Below, piece after piece: positions 1 to 11,651 of a stretch of 64,000 nt of DNA (its first letter is position 1; each line of letters begins with the position of its first letter). Below the pieces are notes generated by a model. That model made no database searches and was not told where the DNA came from. It saw only the letters and a list, made by a program, of their open reading frames with translations. The stretch is taken from the NCBI GenBank assembly GCA_951406725.2, contig OX597818.1, positions 89,528,001 through 89,592,000 on the forward strand, given 5' to 3'. The stretch is from Octopus vulgaris. Taxonomy: Eukaryota. The position numbers and the translations under genes were made by a program.

Positions 1-51
1 CTATGCATTTCGCCCGGTGTGCTAATGTTTCTGCCAGCTCGCCGCCTTAAT

Positions 52-230
52 AACCAGCAACATACCACATCAGTAAACACTTCACCAGCAGCAAACCATA
101 CTAATAAATAGTTCACAAGTAGGATACCACATTAGTAAACAATTCATCGGTAAACAGTTCACTAACATCATAGCACAATAGTAAACAGTTCACCAGCAAC
201 ATACCACATCAGTAAACAGTTCACCATAAA
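52..230. repeat. Degenerate ~31-bp tandem minisatellite (caccagcaacataccacatcagtaaacagtt-like)
   Basis: About 6 imperfect copies of agtaaacagttcac seen directly. Confidence 0.7.
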
Positions 231-236
231 ATATTA

Positions 237-1509
237 TCAGGTCATTAAGAATGAAATGTCCGATTTTCTTATTACCAAGTTTGACAGTCGTTAACTCTAA
301 TGTTTTATCTGACAATTCTTTGTTTTGCAACATTGAAGAGTTACATCATCACTTTTCGAAATGCAGTTCATAGTGTCTGATTATATTGTGAGTTTTCTCT
401 TGTAAATCAATTTTTGTGAACCCAGAGAGTGATAAAAAATTCATGTTGTTTAATGTATATGAGTTCCGTCATGGAACCAATGCATCCCAGACAGCTCGAA
501 ACATCAATGAAGTGTTTGATGAAGATGTGGCAAATGAGTGCACAGTATGTCGATGGTTTGAGATGTTCCACTCTGGTGACTTTACTCTTGAAAATGAGCC
601 CTTTGGTAGACCTGAGACCAAGGTGGATAATGATGAGCTGGAAACTGTAGTGGAAGCAGATATATCTCAAACTACGTGTGAGTTAGCAGAAAAATTTGAT
701 GTTTCGATTCCAACTGTATTGGACCATCTGAAACAAATCGGCAAGGTAAAGAAGCTGGACAAGTGGGTACCACATGAACTGAACGAGCATCAAATGACAT
801 GTCATCTTAAAACTCGCTGTCACGGCATAAAAGCAAACCATTTTTGTATCATATTGTTATGTGTGATGAAAAATGGGTTCTTTCCAACAAGCAAGTGTTC
901 TGCACAGTGGTTGGATAGAGAAGAAATGCCAAAACACAGTCCAAAACAGAATATTCCCCCCAAAAAAGCTAAAGGTGTCTGTTTGGTGGTCCAGCACTGG
1001 TGTCATCCACTACAGCTTTATGAGACCTGGTAAGTCAATTACAGCAGATGTATACCTCAACCAACTGGATGAAATGGTGAGTGAACTAGCAATTAAACAA
1101 CTGAGACTGGTCAATAGAGATAGGCTAATTCTCTTGCAAGACAATGCTCGATCACATGTTGCACAAAGAACACTACTCAAGTTACAGGAACTGAACTTGG
1201 AAGTATTCTGTCATCCACCATATTCATCAGACCTTGCACCAACAGACTATTACATTTTCCAGGCATTTGACAACTTTTTGCAAGGAAAAAACTTCAAATC
1301 TGAAGAAGATGCAAAAACAGCCTTTCATGATTTCATCACCTCTTGCTCTCCAGAATTCTTCACTGCTGGCATAAATAAGCTATCAATGAAATGACAAAAT
1401 TGTGTTCATAATTTAGGTGCATACTTTAATTAACTGCATTGCTTTTTGTTGAGATAAAGTAAAATAAACTTTCAGTTCAAAATCAGACATTTTATTCTTA
1501 ACGAACTGA
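237..1509 (+). mobile_element. Full-length decayed mariner (DD34D) DNA transposon
   Basis: 31-bp TIRs tcaggtcattaagaatgaaatgtccgatttt (237-267) and aaaatcagacattttattcttaacgaactga (1479-1509), 4 mismatches. TA duplications at 235-236 and 1510-1511. Confidence 0.93.
416..1433 (+). pseudogene. Mariner transposase pseudogene (frameshifted, premature stop)
   Basis: ORFs 416-1033 and 873-1394 carry the HTH, WVPHEL, LLQDNARSH and HPPYSSDLAPTDY motifs in different frames. TGA ends the second ORF at 1394. Confidence 0.9.
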
Positions 1510-1806
1510 TACTCTAGGTCATTATACTATAATAAAATACAATATTTTGTTAAATATAACAATGATTGAACATCTTGTTAATAAACGCTATATTAGTAAA
1601 CAGTTAAACAGTGAATAATATCAATAAATAATATAGTGGTGAACATAATAACATAAAAAAATATTCCTACATAAAATAGTTAATCAGTAAACACTGTATT
1701 GGTAATCTAATCCCATTATTTTTTAACTAAAACTTGTGAACAGTTGAGTACTGTTCTTTGTTGAACAGAAAAAAAAAATAAACAAACAAGGTGTTTATCA
1801 CTTTAC

Positions 1807-1920
1807 CTGAGTTTTACAGCCAACATTTTCTTGGACAAGACTTCTTGAGAGTGAGACGGCACTGCAGAAGGCTGAGAAGAAGGAACTGAAGACATTGCAG
1901 AAACCATAAGCAATTAATTC
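1807..1920 (-). CDS. SLC26A5-like: SLC26 coding exon 8 ([38 protein letters not shown]); gene continues beyond the left edge
   Basis: 114 nt, read by hand. tgcAG acceptor and CAG|GTAAAG donor. Completes the NQEL motif and carries the TM10 anion-site motif SLSRSLVQE. Confidence 0.95.
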
Positions 1921-1969
1921 CTGCAACAAAGAACAGATGTTTCACAGAATTGTTAGCAAATGCAGTTCT

Positions 1970-2314
1970 ATATTTAAGAAATGAAGAATTATGTACATTA
2001 TTTACATTCGACGGATGTTTGTCCTCATCTTGTTTGTTGTTAACATAAGCCTACGGGCATATGGCGCAGTGGTTAAGAGCACGGGCTACTAACCCCAAGA
2101 TTCCAAGTTCGATTCCAAGCAGTGACCTGAACACTAACAACAACAACAACAACAATCATAATAATAATAATAATAACATCAAAAATACCTTGGGAATGAG
2201 AACCCAGGTTTGAAATTTCCCCAAGACACCTGAAGAAGGCTGGAGGGTATATCAGCCGAAACGTGTTAACAACAAACAAGATGAGGACAAATATTCATCG
2301 AATGTAAATAATGT
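1970..2314 (+). mobile_element. tRNA-headed SINE-like element with hammerhead-like module and inverted terminal duplication
   Basis: A box TGGCGCAGTGG (2062-2072), B box GTTCGATTCC (2107-2116), (AAC/AAT)n, then CTGAAGA-stem-GAAA (2230-2261). About 50-bp inverted arms at 1995-2045 and 2264-2314. Confidence 0.75.
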
Positions 2315-3938
2315 TAACAAGTGCTTCTGGTATTTATGGTATTATCATATCAGTGTTACAGAAAGTTACTAAATACCTCTCACATACCGTCATACTGTCT
2401 TAAAAACAAAGAAGGCTATGTGTCACGTAACTGGCACCGATGCTGGTGACATGTAAAAAGCCCCTTTTGAATGTTGGGCCTCATGGAGGCAATGTGTCAT
2501 GTACAAAGTACTTTCAAGTGTTGGGCCTCATAGAGGCAATGACAGATGACCAAGACCTTTGGCAATATGCTGGGCATGAAAAGAAGATCCTTCAAGTCAA
2601 GCGAAATTGTAGTCATGGCAGATACTAGTGTCATGTAACTAGTACCCATGCCAGTAGCATGTAAAAGTACCCATTACACTCTTAGAGTTGTTGGTGTTAG
2701 GAAGGGCATCTAATTGTAGAAACCATACCAAATCAGACTGGTCAAACTATCCAACCCATGCCAGCATGGACAACAGGCATTAAATAATGATGATGATTCT
2801 AGACAGAATACCTTTACCTTTTGCACATTTCAGGTACTGGAACAGCAGCCAAGCTGGAGCACTACCTTGAAGGGTTTAGTCAAACAAATCAACCCCCAGT
2901 ACTGATGTTTTTCCAAGAGTGGTACTTATTCTATTAGTTTTCTTTGCTGAACAGCTAAGTCACAGGAATGCAACACTGGTCGTGAAGCAATGGTTGGGTG
3001 GCGGGAGTGGGAGTGTGGACCAAATACATATACAAAGACACACGAATACATATATACAATGGGCTTCCACACAGTTTCCTTCTACCCCAAATTCACTCAC
3101 AAGGAATTGATCAGCCCAGGTCCATAGTAGAAGGCACTAAGCCAAAGAGACACCAGCTGTGCAGTGGTACTGAACCCGATATCACATGGTTACAAAGTGA
3201 GCTTTTTAGCCGCACAGCCATGCTTGCGCATATGTCGGCAAAAGTTGTGATTAGTTTAGTGTAGAGACAATGGTTGTGCTCCTGAAACTAGTGGGATTAA
3301 TACCCTTAACTTTCTATCTAAGCTGTTGCAAGGAAGTGGCTGCATGGTAAAAAGCTTGCTTCCCAACCACATGGCTTAGGGTTCAGTCCCACTGCATGGC
3401 ACTTTGGGCAAGTGGTGTCTACTCTAACCTCAGGCTGACCAAAGCCTTGAGTGGATTTGGTAGACAGGGACTGAAAGAAGCCCATCATGTGTGTGTGTGT
3501 GTGTGTGTTTGTACTCCACCACTGCTTGACAACTGGTGTTGGTGTGTTTATGTCCCTGTAACTTAGTGGTTTGGCAAAAAGGACCAACAGAATAAATACC
3601 AAGTTTTAAGAAAACAAAAATAAATTCTGGCTTTGATCCATTCGACTAAAATCCTTCAAGGCAGTGTTCCAGCATGGCTGTAGTCAAATGACTGAAACAA
3701 GTAAAAGAGTAAAAGAACAGGAACAGAATTCCAAAGGACCAAAGTTCTAAGAAGAAAGATTAAATAATAAAATTCTAAAGGACAAATAATAATGGTAGGA
3801 CACACTAGGAATAATAAGAGAAAGGTAGATGAATAGAGCAAGAGTGTCTGAATGAAGGTAGTCTGAGACCAGCTAGGGACAAGAAGCAGAAGTAGTTGCA
3901 GTTGAAGTAGAACAATTAGAGAGAGGAGACAGTGTATC

Positions 3939-4567
3939 ATTTCTTTACTGCCCGTAGGGAGCTAAAGATAGAGGGGACAAACAAGGACAGACAAAGAGAT
4001 TAAGTCAATTACATCGACCCCAGTGTGTAACTGGTACTTATTTAATCGAGCCCAAAAGAATGAAAGGCAAAGTCGACCTCAGTGGAATTTGAACTCAGAA
4101 CGTAGTGGCAGACAAAACACCACTAAGCATTTTGCCCAGCATGCTAACATTTCTTATTTCTTTATTGCCCACAAGGGGCTAAACATAGAGGGGACAAACA
4201 AGGGGTTAAGTCGATTACATCAATCCCAGTGCGTAACTGGTACTTATTTAATCGACCCCCGAAAGAATGAAAGGCAAAGTCGACCTCAGCAGAATTTCAA
4301 CCCAGAACGTAGTGGCAGATGAAATATCTATTTCTATTTCTTTACTGCCTACAAGGGGCTACACACAGAGGGGAGAAACAAGGACAGATAAACGGATTAA
4401 GTCAATTATATCGACCCCAGTGAGTAACTGGTACTTATTTAATCGACCCCGAAAGGATGAAAGACAAAGTAGATTGCAGTGGAATTTGAACTCAGAAAGT
4501 AGTGGCAGACGAAATACCGCTAAGCATTTCGCCCAGCATGCTAACGTTTCGGCCAGCACACTGCCCT
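3939..4567 (-). mobile_element. Head-to-tail trimer of tRNA-derived SINE family B
   Basis: Three copies of tttctttactgcc...gaaaggatgaaaggcaaagtcgacctc...gaactcagaacg, flanked by the 11-bp direct repeat gacagtgtatc (3928-3938, 4568-4578). Other family-B pieces at 1-48, 19710-19850, 29600-29800, 49380-49545 and 60568-60765. Confidence 0.85.
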
Positions 4568-4725
4568 GACAGTGTATCTGTGAGCCAGAGGCTGGAGTGT
4601 GCTTATAAGTGACTTCCTGCCTATCAGCTGACTGGTATTTTCTACACACAATCTAAGGTCAGCCAGCTACAAGAAGCAGAAGCAGTTGCTGTAGGAGTAG
4701 AAAAATGAGAAAGAGGAGACAGCAT

Positions 4726-4888
4726 AGGTGCAGTTGTGGCGGTGTGGTAAGAACCTTACTTCCCAACCCCATGGTTTCAAGTTCAGTCCCACTGTGTGGC
4801 ACCTTGAGCAAATGTCTTCTACTATAGCCTTGGGCCGACCAAAGCCTTATGAATGGATGTGGTAGATGGAGACTGAGAGAAGCCCGTC

Positions 4889-4924
<36 letters not shown>

Positions 4925-5124
4925 CAGTGTTTGTTCCCACCATCACTACTTGACAACTGATGTTGGTGTGTTTACATCCCTGTAACTTAGCAGTTTGGCA
5001 AAAGGACTTGATAGAATAAGTACTAGGCTTAAGAAATAAATCCTGGTGTTGATTTGTTTGACTAAAACCTTTCAAGGCAGTGCTCCAGCATGGCTGCAGC
5101 TAAATGACTGAAACAAGTAAAAGA
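4726..5124 (+). mobile_element. tRNA-derived SINE family A (dominant SINE of the window)
   Basis: tRNA-like head (gtggcggtgtggtaag...gttcagtcccac), internal (TA)n(TG)n, tail gactgaaacaagtaaaaga. More than 20 copies or fragments across the window. Confidence 0.85.
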
Positions 5125-6518
5125 ATATCTGTAAGCTAGAGGCTGAAGTATGTTTATAAGTGACACCTACAAGAAATAGCAGTTAAAATCTTTTAAAATC
5201 ATTTGAGTGGTATTTTCTATATATAATCTAAGATGTATGTATATGTAGTAGTAAAGCTGTCCTAGATGTAGGAGCAATACTCCATTATGGGTATCCCTGA
5301 GCTTTGTAAGGAGTCAGTATTTGTTATGACCTGAAATATTTACTGGCTTTGAAGAGGAAGGGCCCTCTTTTTTTTTTTTGTTTTGTTTTGTGATACAGTC
5401 TTTATTCTGTTAAAACAGTGTACCTATGAGGGACAGTGAGGCCTAGCACTTGAGGGGATCACAAGGGCTTTAGCTGAGGACTGCTCATGTTCATAGAGGC
5501 ACTATCGTGACTGACATGCAACATGTCTTGGGCAGTTTTTGATCTGGCAGAGCCAACCCCACTCCAGGAAACCATACCATATCCAGTATCGTCAACAGCC
5601 ATCTTTTACATGAGCCAATGAAGGAATCTCAATGTGGTCACTCACTCTACTAGAAATAGCAGTTAAAATCTTTTAAAAATCAAACTCAACTGAAGGACAT
5701 ATTAGACAATGCAGTATCAGATACCCTAAAACAAAAAGAATTCTCATGACTGAACATGTATGATTAAGAGCCATCCATTGTTATTAGTGTCTGACAGCAT
5801 AACAGTAAGCTGTCTGTCATTTTTGAGTTATGTTGGCTCTTGCAAATGATATCAATCTGGCTGTGTGGGCATAGAGTTGGTTGACACTTTGCACAATAGC
5901 ATTAAGGTTTGTAGAAGAGTTATCAGAATTCGCATGACATAGTGGTAGCAGAAGAAGGTTTGAACACAAATTGAACATAATTATAGGTAGTAGCAGTTAG
6001 TTTGACAGATCAAAGTTACCAACATAGAGCCGAGTCGCAAATGCTTATAAACTTGTAAACATATGTTGCCCAATCATGTCAATCTGCACTTGTAAGCATG
6101 TGTTGTGCTGGGCTGATCTATCACAAAGAAGATCGTTTGTTTGAAAACTGGTGTTCCCGACAGGAATAGAGAATAACAACAATAAAGTTACATATAAAAG
6201 TTCACATATATTTTGCACTTGTCATCAGAAGTGCAGACCTCTTCTAGTTTAAATGGTCAATAAATCAAAGTTAATAAAAACAGTATGTGTTTGTACAGAG
6301 GTTGATGAAGTACAATTCGGAACTAGTACTGTATGCAGTGAAGAACTTTGCTTTCATTCAACCTAACATTAAAAAAAATAATAATAATAATAACAAGGTT
6401 TGAATAAATATATGGTAAAATATCCTCATATATATGCTTGAGATGGTCAAATAAGTTGTGTAATACAATGCTGCAGAAGAAGAAATACATACATGTATAC
6501 TCTTTTTTCTTTTTTTAC

Positions 6519-6918
6519 TCTTTCTACTTGTTTCAGTCATTTGAGTGCAGCCATGCTGGAGCACCGCCTTTAGTCGAGCAAATCGACCCCAGGACTTATT
6601 CTTTGTAAGCCCAGTACTTATTCTATCGGTCTTTTTTGCCGAACCGCAAAGTGACGGCGACGTAAACACACCAGCATCGGTTGTCAAGCAATGCTAGGGG
6701 GACAAACACAGACACGCAAGCATATACGCACACATACATATATATACATATACATGACGAGCCTCTTTCAGTTTCCGTCTACCAAATCCACTCACAAGGC
6801 TTTGGTTGGCCTGAGTCTATAGTAGAAGACACTTGCCCAAGATGCCACGCAGTGGGACTGAACCCGGAACCATGTGGTTGGTAAGCAAGCTACTTACCAC
6901 ACAGCCACTTTTGCGTCT
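6519..6918 (-). mobile_element. SINE family A, full-length copy
   Basis: Near-consensus copy. Produces the spurious 'IHSQGFG..EDTCPRCHAVGLNPEPCGW' ORFs. Confidence 0.85.
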
Positions 6919-7193
6919 ATATATATATATCTTTTCTTTACTTGCTGTGTGTGTGCATCTGTGTTTGTCCCTACCACTACCTGATAACCAATTTTGGTTT
7001 GTTTATGTCTCTATAACTTAGCAGTTCTGCAAAAGATATTGATAGAATAAGTATCAGGTTTAAGACAAATGAAAAGAAAAGTAGTGGGCTGGTTCATTCA
7101 AATAAAACATTTTTCAAGGGAAGTGTCCCAGTATGGCTGCAGTCTAATGACTGAAACAAGTAAAAGATATAAAAGAAAAGATAAAGATATATA

Positions 7194-7509
7194 TCTTTTA
7201 CTTGTTTCAGTCATTTGACTGTGGCCATGCTGGAGCACCACCTTCAGTCAAGCAATCAACCCCCAGGACTTATTCTTTGAAAGCCTAGTACTTATTCTAT
7301 CTGTCTCTTTTGCCGAACCGCTAAGTTACGGGGATGTAAACACACCACCATCGGTTGTCAAGTGATGTTGCGGGGACAAACACAGACACACACATATATA
7401 TACATATATATATATATGATAGGCTTCTTTCAGTTTCCATCTACCAAATCCACTCAAGGCTTTGGTTGGCCCGAGGTAGATGGAAACTGAAAGAAGTCTG
7501 TTATATATA

Positions 7510-7544
<35 letters not shown>

Positions 7545-7736
7545 CTGTGTTTGTCTTCCCACCATCACTTGACAACTGATGTTGGTGTGTTTAGGTCCCC
7601 ATAACTTAGCAGTGCAGCAAAAGACACTGATAAAATAAGTACTAAGCTTACAAAGAATAAGTCCTGGGGTCGATTTGTTTGACTAAAGGTAGTGCTCCAG
7701 CATGGCTGCAGTCAAATGACTGAAACAAGTAAAAGA
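7194..7736. repeat. Fused inverted pair of headless family-A SINEs (fold-back)
   Basis: Minus copy 7194-7445, 29-nt loop, plus copy 7475-7736. Confidence 0.8.
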
Positions 7737-8337
7737 ATTATATACATATATATATATATATATTTTTTTTTTTTCTCTCTAATGCTCTCTCCTCATCCTC
7801 TCCTTCAAGGGGAAGGCCCAGTATCTCCTCTATAGTAAGTCAACTCTCTCTGTCCCTACTTTTATAGTCTAACCTCTCACCTAGCTCATCCACTTCTTCA
7901 GTTCCACTCCTCCTCTTTCAGTTGAGAAGCCTTTGTCTTACTAGCTACTTGGTGACCCCACTGGTACCATGTAAATTTACACAGTCAATACAGTGTAAAG
8001 TGGTTTGCATTAGGAAGGGCACCCAGCATAGAAATCATGCCAAAACAGACAAATGGAGCCTGATGTGGCTCTCTAGCTTGCCAGCTCTTGTTGAACTATC
8101 CAATCCCTACCAGCATGGAACACAAAAGTTAAATGATGATATATTATATAAAACAAAATATGAGATTGCTAATAAGATATTTAGTTACACTATGTTATGT
8201 ATGTTTCATTAACATAAGTTGACATAACCAAATTTATTATCAAATCACCAGAGACACATAACTTTTATAATAGAAAAAAGAAAAGGCATGTATTAACATC
8301 TATTTATCAGAAGATGAAGAAAACAAACAATTGTTAC

Positions 8338-8485
8338 CTGGTTGGGATTGATATCATAGTCATGTTTCCTAGCTAGCATTTTACACATGGACACATTGAT
8401 GGCAAAAGCTACAATAGATATGGCTATAGCATCTGTCACAACATCAGCCAAGTAGTTAAATGGTGGTGGTGTTGGTGCAGGAATA
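8338..8485 (-). CDS. SLC26A5-like: SLC26 coding exon 7 (IPAPTPPPFNYLADVVTDAIAISIVAFAINVSMCKMLARKHDYDINPNQ)
   Basis: 148 nt, read by hand. ttcAG acceptor and CAG|GTAACA donor. Contains the DAIAIxIVxF...KHxYxIxxNQ motif. Confidence 0.94.
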
Positions 8486-8960
8486 CTGAAACAACATCAG
8501 AACAAATGTGAGAAAACAATGATTGGATAAGGGTCAATTTGATTTAGTCCAAAATGGAATTTATAATTGAATTCAAGTATAATGTTTAAATTTATGAAAA
8601 AATTTTAATTTTTAATATGATTTTGCATAAAATACAATTTTGAATTATGATAAATGAATGTAAGAAATATAATTTCAACATTTACTGTGTGTATCTGGCG
8701 CCAAAAATTGGAATATTCTAATCTTAAGTTTAATGTACTGGATGTTTTTAATTTTGGGATAAAGTTTTGAATCTATGGTTTGATTTGGTGCAAAATACAA
8801 TTTTCAACTAAATTAAAGTAAACATTTCCTACATACTGGAAATATAATATCAAAATTTAACAAAAGAAAAGTTTGTAAAATCTTTCATAAATATCACTGT
8901 ACTAAAAGTGAAGAATAACTGTATATAAATATATATATATGTGTGTGTGTGTGTGTGTAT

Positions 8961-9026
<66 letters not shown>

Positions 9027-9029
<3 letters not shown>

Positions 9030-9258
9030 AATAAATGGAGTTAAATGCAAGTGTTATTCAAATTCTTTTACTTCTGACACATGTTTCGAAGATATCCATC
9101 ATTTTCTGTTAAATGTCTTATTGATGAGTTTCATTTGTTCACTTCCCTGAGAAGATTACATTGTTTTACACCATTTTATTCCTTTGGAATAATACCAGTG
9201 ATATCATCGAAACGTGTCGGAATTTGAATAACACCTGTATTTAACTCCATTTATTTAT
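9027..9258. mobile_element. Penelope-like inverted-repeat element beside (TA)n/(CA)n with degenerate hammerhead core
   Basis: Arms aaataaatggagttaaat...tgttattcaaattc and gaatttgaataacac...atttaactccatttattt. Internal ttcc-ctgaga...gaaacgtgtc-ggaa (9143-9222). Confidence 0.55.
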
Positions 9259-11167
9259 TTATATATATTATACAAAACATTTCATGTAAACTTGAAGTTT
9301 CTACCTTTAAAAACAAGGAGTTACAACCTTTCTACTTGTATGATTTTTTGCCACCCTGGTAACTATTTATATATTTTTTCTGTGTTAATTGTTAACAAGG
9401 GAAAAATACACACTTCTATTTATATATATATATGCACACACACACACATATGACAAGCTAAAGACAGGCTTCATGCTTTAATTAGGTAGACAATGTAGTC
9501 AAGCAAGACTTTGAATCAAATCAAGAGTATTGGACAAGATGCCTTGTGGTATTTCTTCTGGCTCTTAACATTCCAAATCTGAATCCCACCAGAGTTAAAA
9601 ATACCTTTCATCCCTTTATGGGTCGACAAAAAAAAGTACCAGCCAAGTACTAGAGTTAATGGCACTGACTAAACCCCTCCCCTCAAAATTGTTGGATTGT
9701 GCTTCTATTAGAAATAATACACATTCTCATATTCAATTACCCAAACAAGGATAAGTCAAATTAAGTCCAGTTGAATTAAGTAAATTAAGTCATATTTGAA
9801 AAACTATGAGGGAAACATCAAAACTCACAACAGGTAATTTCCATCAATTAACATTTTATCTGAATATTAGCCTACAGGAAGCTCCAGAGACATAAAACCA
9901 GGTGATTAACCTCTATCTATTACAAACCATATCTTGAATATATTGTTTTTCTGGTACCAACACTCTAAAAAGTTGATGTCTGGCAACTGACTTTCTGGAA
10001 GCCTATAAGATTATCCACTATCTTTCAACCAGTTACCTTTTTGAATTCAATATCTCTACTACCTATTTTCATACTTATAACATCAAAAAACAGTCCAACA
10101 CCCATGACTTTCAGAAACATTTTTTCATGCTCAGAATCATTGAAGTATGGAATAAATTACCAGTGTTGGTTATTTGCTATCAGGACACTATATTTTCAGA
10201 ATTCCATGCTTCCCATAATTTGCTAACACTACTCCTAATATGTGGAGGCACATGGCCTAGTGGTTAGAGCAGCAGACTCGCGATCGAGAGATCGCGGGTT
10301 TGAAAAGTCCACTCAGGGCGGACTTTTAAGCTAGCTTCCGCGGTGAGCTAACTGAGCCTGTAGCTTAAAACTAAAGAAAGCTAAATAGCATGATTATAAT
10401 ACATCTATATTAACTATATGCCCTGGTGGTGTTTGATCAGAGGTGAAGGACAGATGAGAATTAATTCTGTAATGCAATTATTCTATTGTTCCAGTGCCGA
10501 GTTGAATTCCGACTGTTGGCCAATTTGTTCTAAAGTTCTTATCTTGAAGTAAAATTAATGAAGTGAATGTTATTTATCTACCCCTTGATCTTTGACATCA
10601 TCTGACAAATGCCAACCAAGATGGCATGAATCAACCAAGCTTTACCTGCTAGAAATAACAACCCAAATGCTTTTAAGTCAGATCCTAATGCTGGATATTC
10701 AAGAACCAAATGAAGGGCAGGTTTTCAATCCCAGGATCATCCTGATTCCAAAAAGGTATAATATGTCTATGTAGAGCAAATATAGACCGAGATACAGGGA
10801 TCCTAGTTAGACAGGCAGAATTTTGCTTTTATTATTAGCGATAAAACTAACCAGGAGATAACAGGCTCATTACTGTCACCTACCACCTACCATTATTATT
10901 ATTTTAACATCAATTTTTCCATGCTACATCAAGTAAATATGGAACACATATATCACATCTGCTTAACTTCATTCTTGTGTCATCTCACTAGAGAGGCCTC
11001 ACATTCTCAGATCTGAGCCCCACATGCCTTCTCAGATATATATATATTTTTTTGCTCTAACATTTGTTAGCCTTATCTTTTAACTCATGGCACGTTTACA
11101 CCAGGATGCATCATCCCTCCATATAACAAGTCCATAAAAACACAGCTGTCTCACAAAAGTAACTCAC

Positions 11168-11249
11168 CCAGTCGGGATTTTTCCGACAATAACAACATTA
11201 TGTTTCTCACCCAGCTTTAGAAAATGGGAAGTTACTGTACCAAGGACGA

Positions 11250-11250
<1 letters not shown>
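11168..11250 (-). CDS. SLC26A5-like: SLC26 coding exon 6 (VVLGTVTSHFLKLGEKHNVVIVGKIPTG)
   Basis: 83 nt, read by hand (its frame is not in the ORF track). (TAT)n-ttcAG acceptor and GG|GTGAGT donor. Contains the VGxIPxG motif. Confidence 0.92.
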
Positions 11251-11296
<46 letters not shown>

Positions 11297-11301
11297 GAAT
11301 A

Positions 11302-11372
<71 letters not shown>

Positions 11373-11376
<4 letters not shown>

Positions 11377-11584
11377 TATTCAGACAAACACATAACAAAA
11401 ACACCAGAACTTACAAACACATATAACATACAGAAAATTGCACTACTAGGCACTGCACACATCCTACGCAGAACACTTTCAATACAGTAACCATCAGAGC
11501 ATTACAACAAACCACAACACATACCCAAGGCACACAGAGCTGCACTCGGTAGTGAAGTAAAAGCACGCTATAAAAATAAAACTA

Positions 11585-11645
<61 letters not shown>
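11373..11645 (+). mobile_element. 3' fragment of an R4/Dong-clade non-LTR retrotransposon inserted in (TAA)n
   Basis: Encodes ...NIQKIALLGTAHILRRTLSIQ* (stop 11488-11490), resembling the C-terminus of RLE-type R4/Dong ORFs. Short 3'UTR. (TAA)n on both sides, which is the known Dong target. Confidence 0.8.

Positions 11646-11651
<6 letters not shown>

Larger units (their letters stand above)
3760..6300 (-). mobile_element. Very old CR1/L2-like LINE remnant, interrupted by SINEs and partly tandem-duplicated
   Basis: Only decayed RT/C-terminal-like segments with no long ORF. Segment ~3870-4660 is repeated at ~4661-5235 once the SINEs are removed. Confidence 0.35.

Noticed and set aside
416-1394. 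Domesticated SETMAR-like or active transposase
   Set aside because: Frameshift and premature stop inside intact TIRs, and no SET domain.
2055-2125. Functional tRNA genes (also 10242-10300, 26920-26995, 40951-41020)
   Set aside because: A/B boxes are present but acceptor and T stems are imperfect and each runs into a repeat body, so these are SINE heads.
6681-6884. Recurrent short ORF family 'IHSQGFG..EDTCPRCHAVGLNPEPCGW'
   Set aside because: Antisense translation of SINE family A, not a gene family.
11207-11462. Poly-Ile/poly-Tyr ORFs overlapping exon 6
   Set aside because: Translations of the (TAT)n tract. The true exon starts at the AG at 11252-11251 in another frame.
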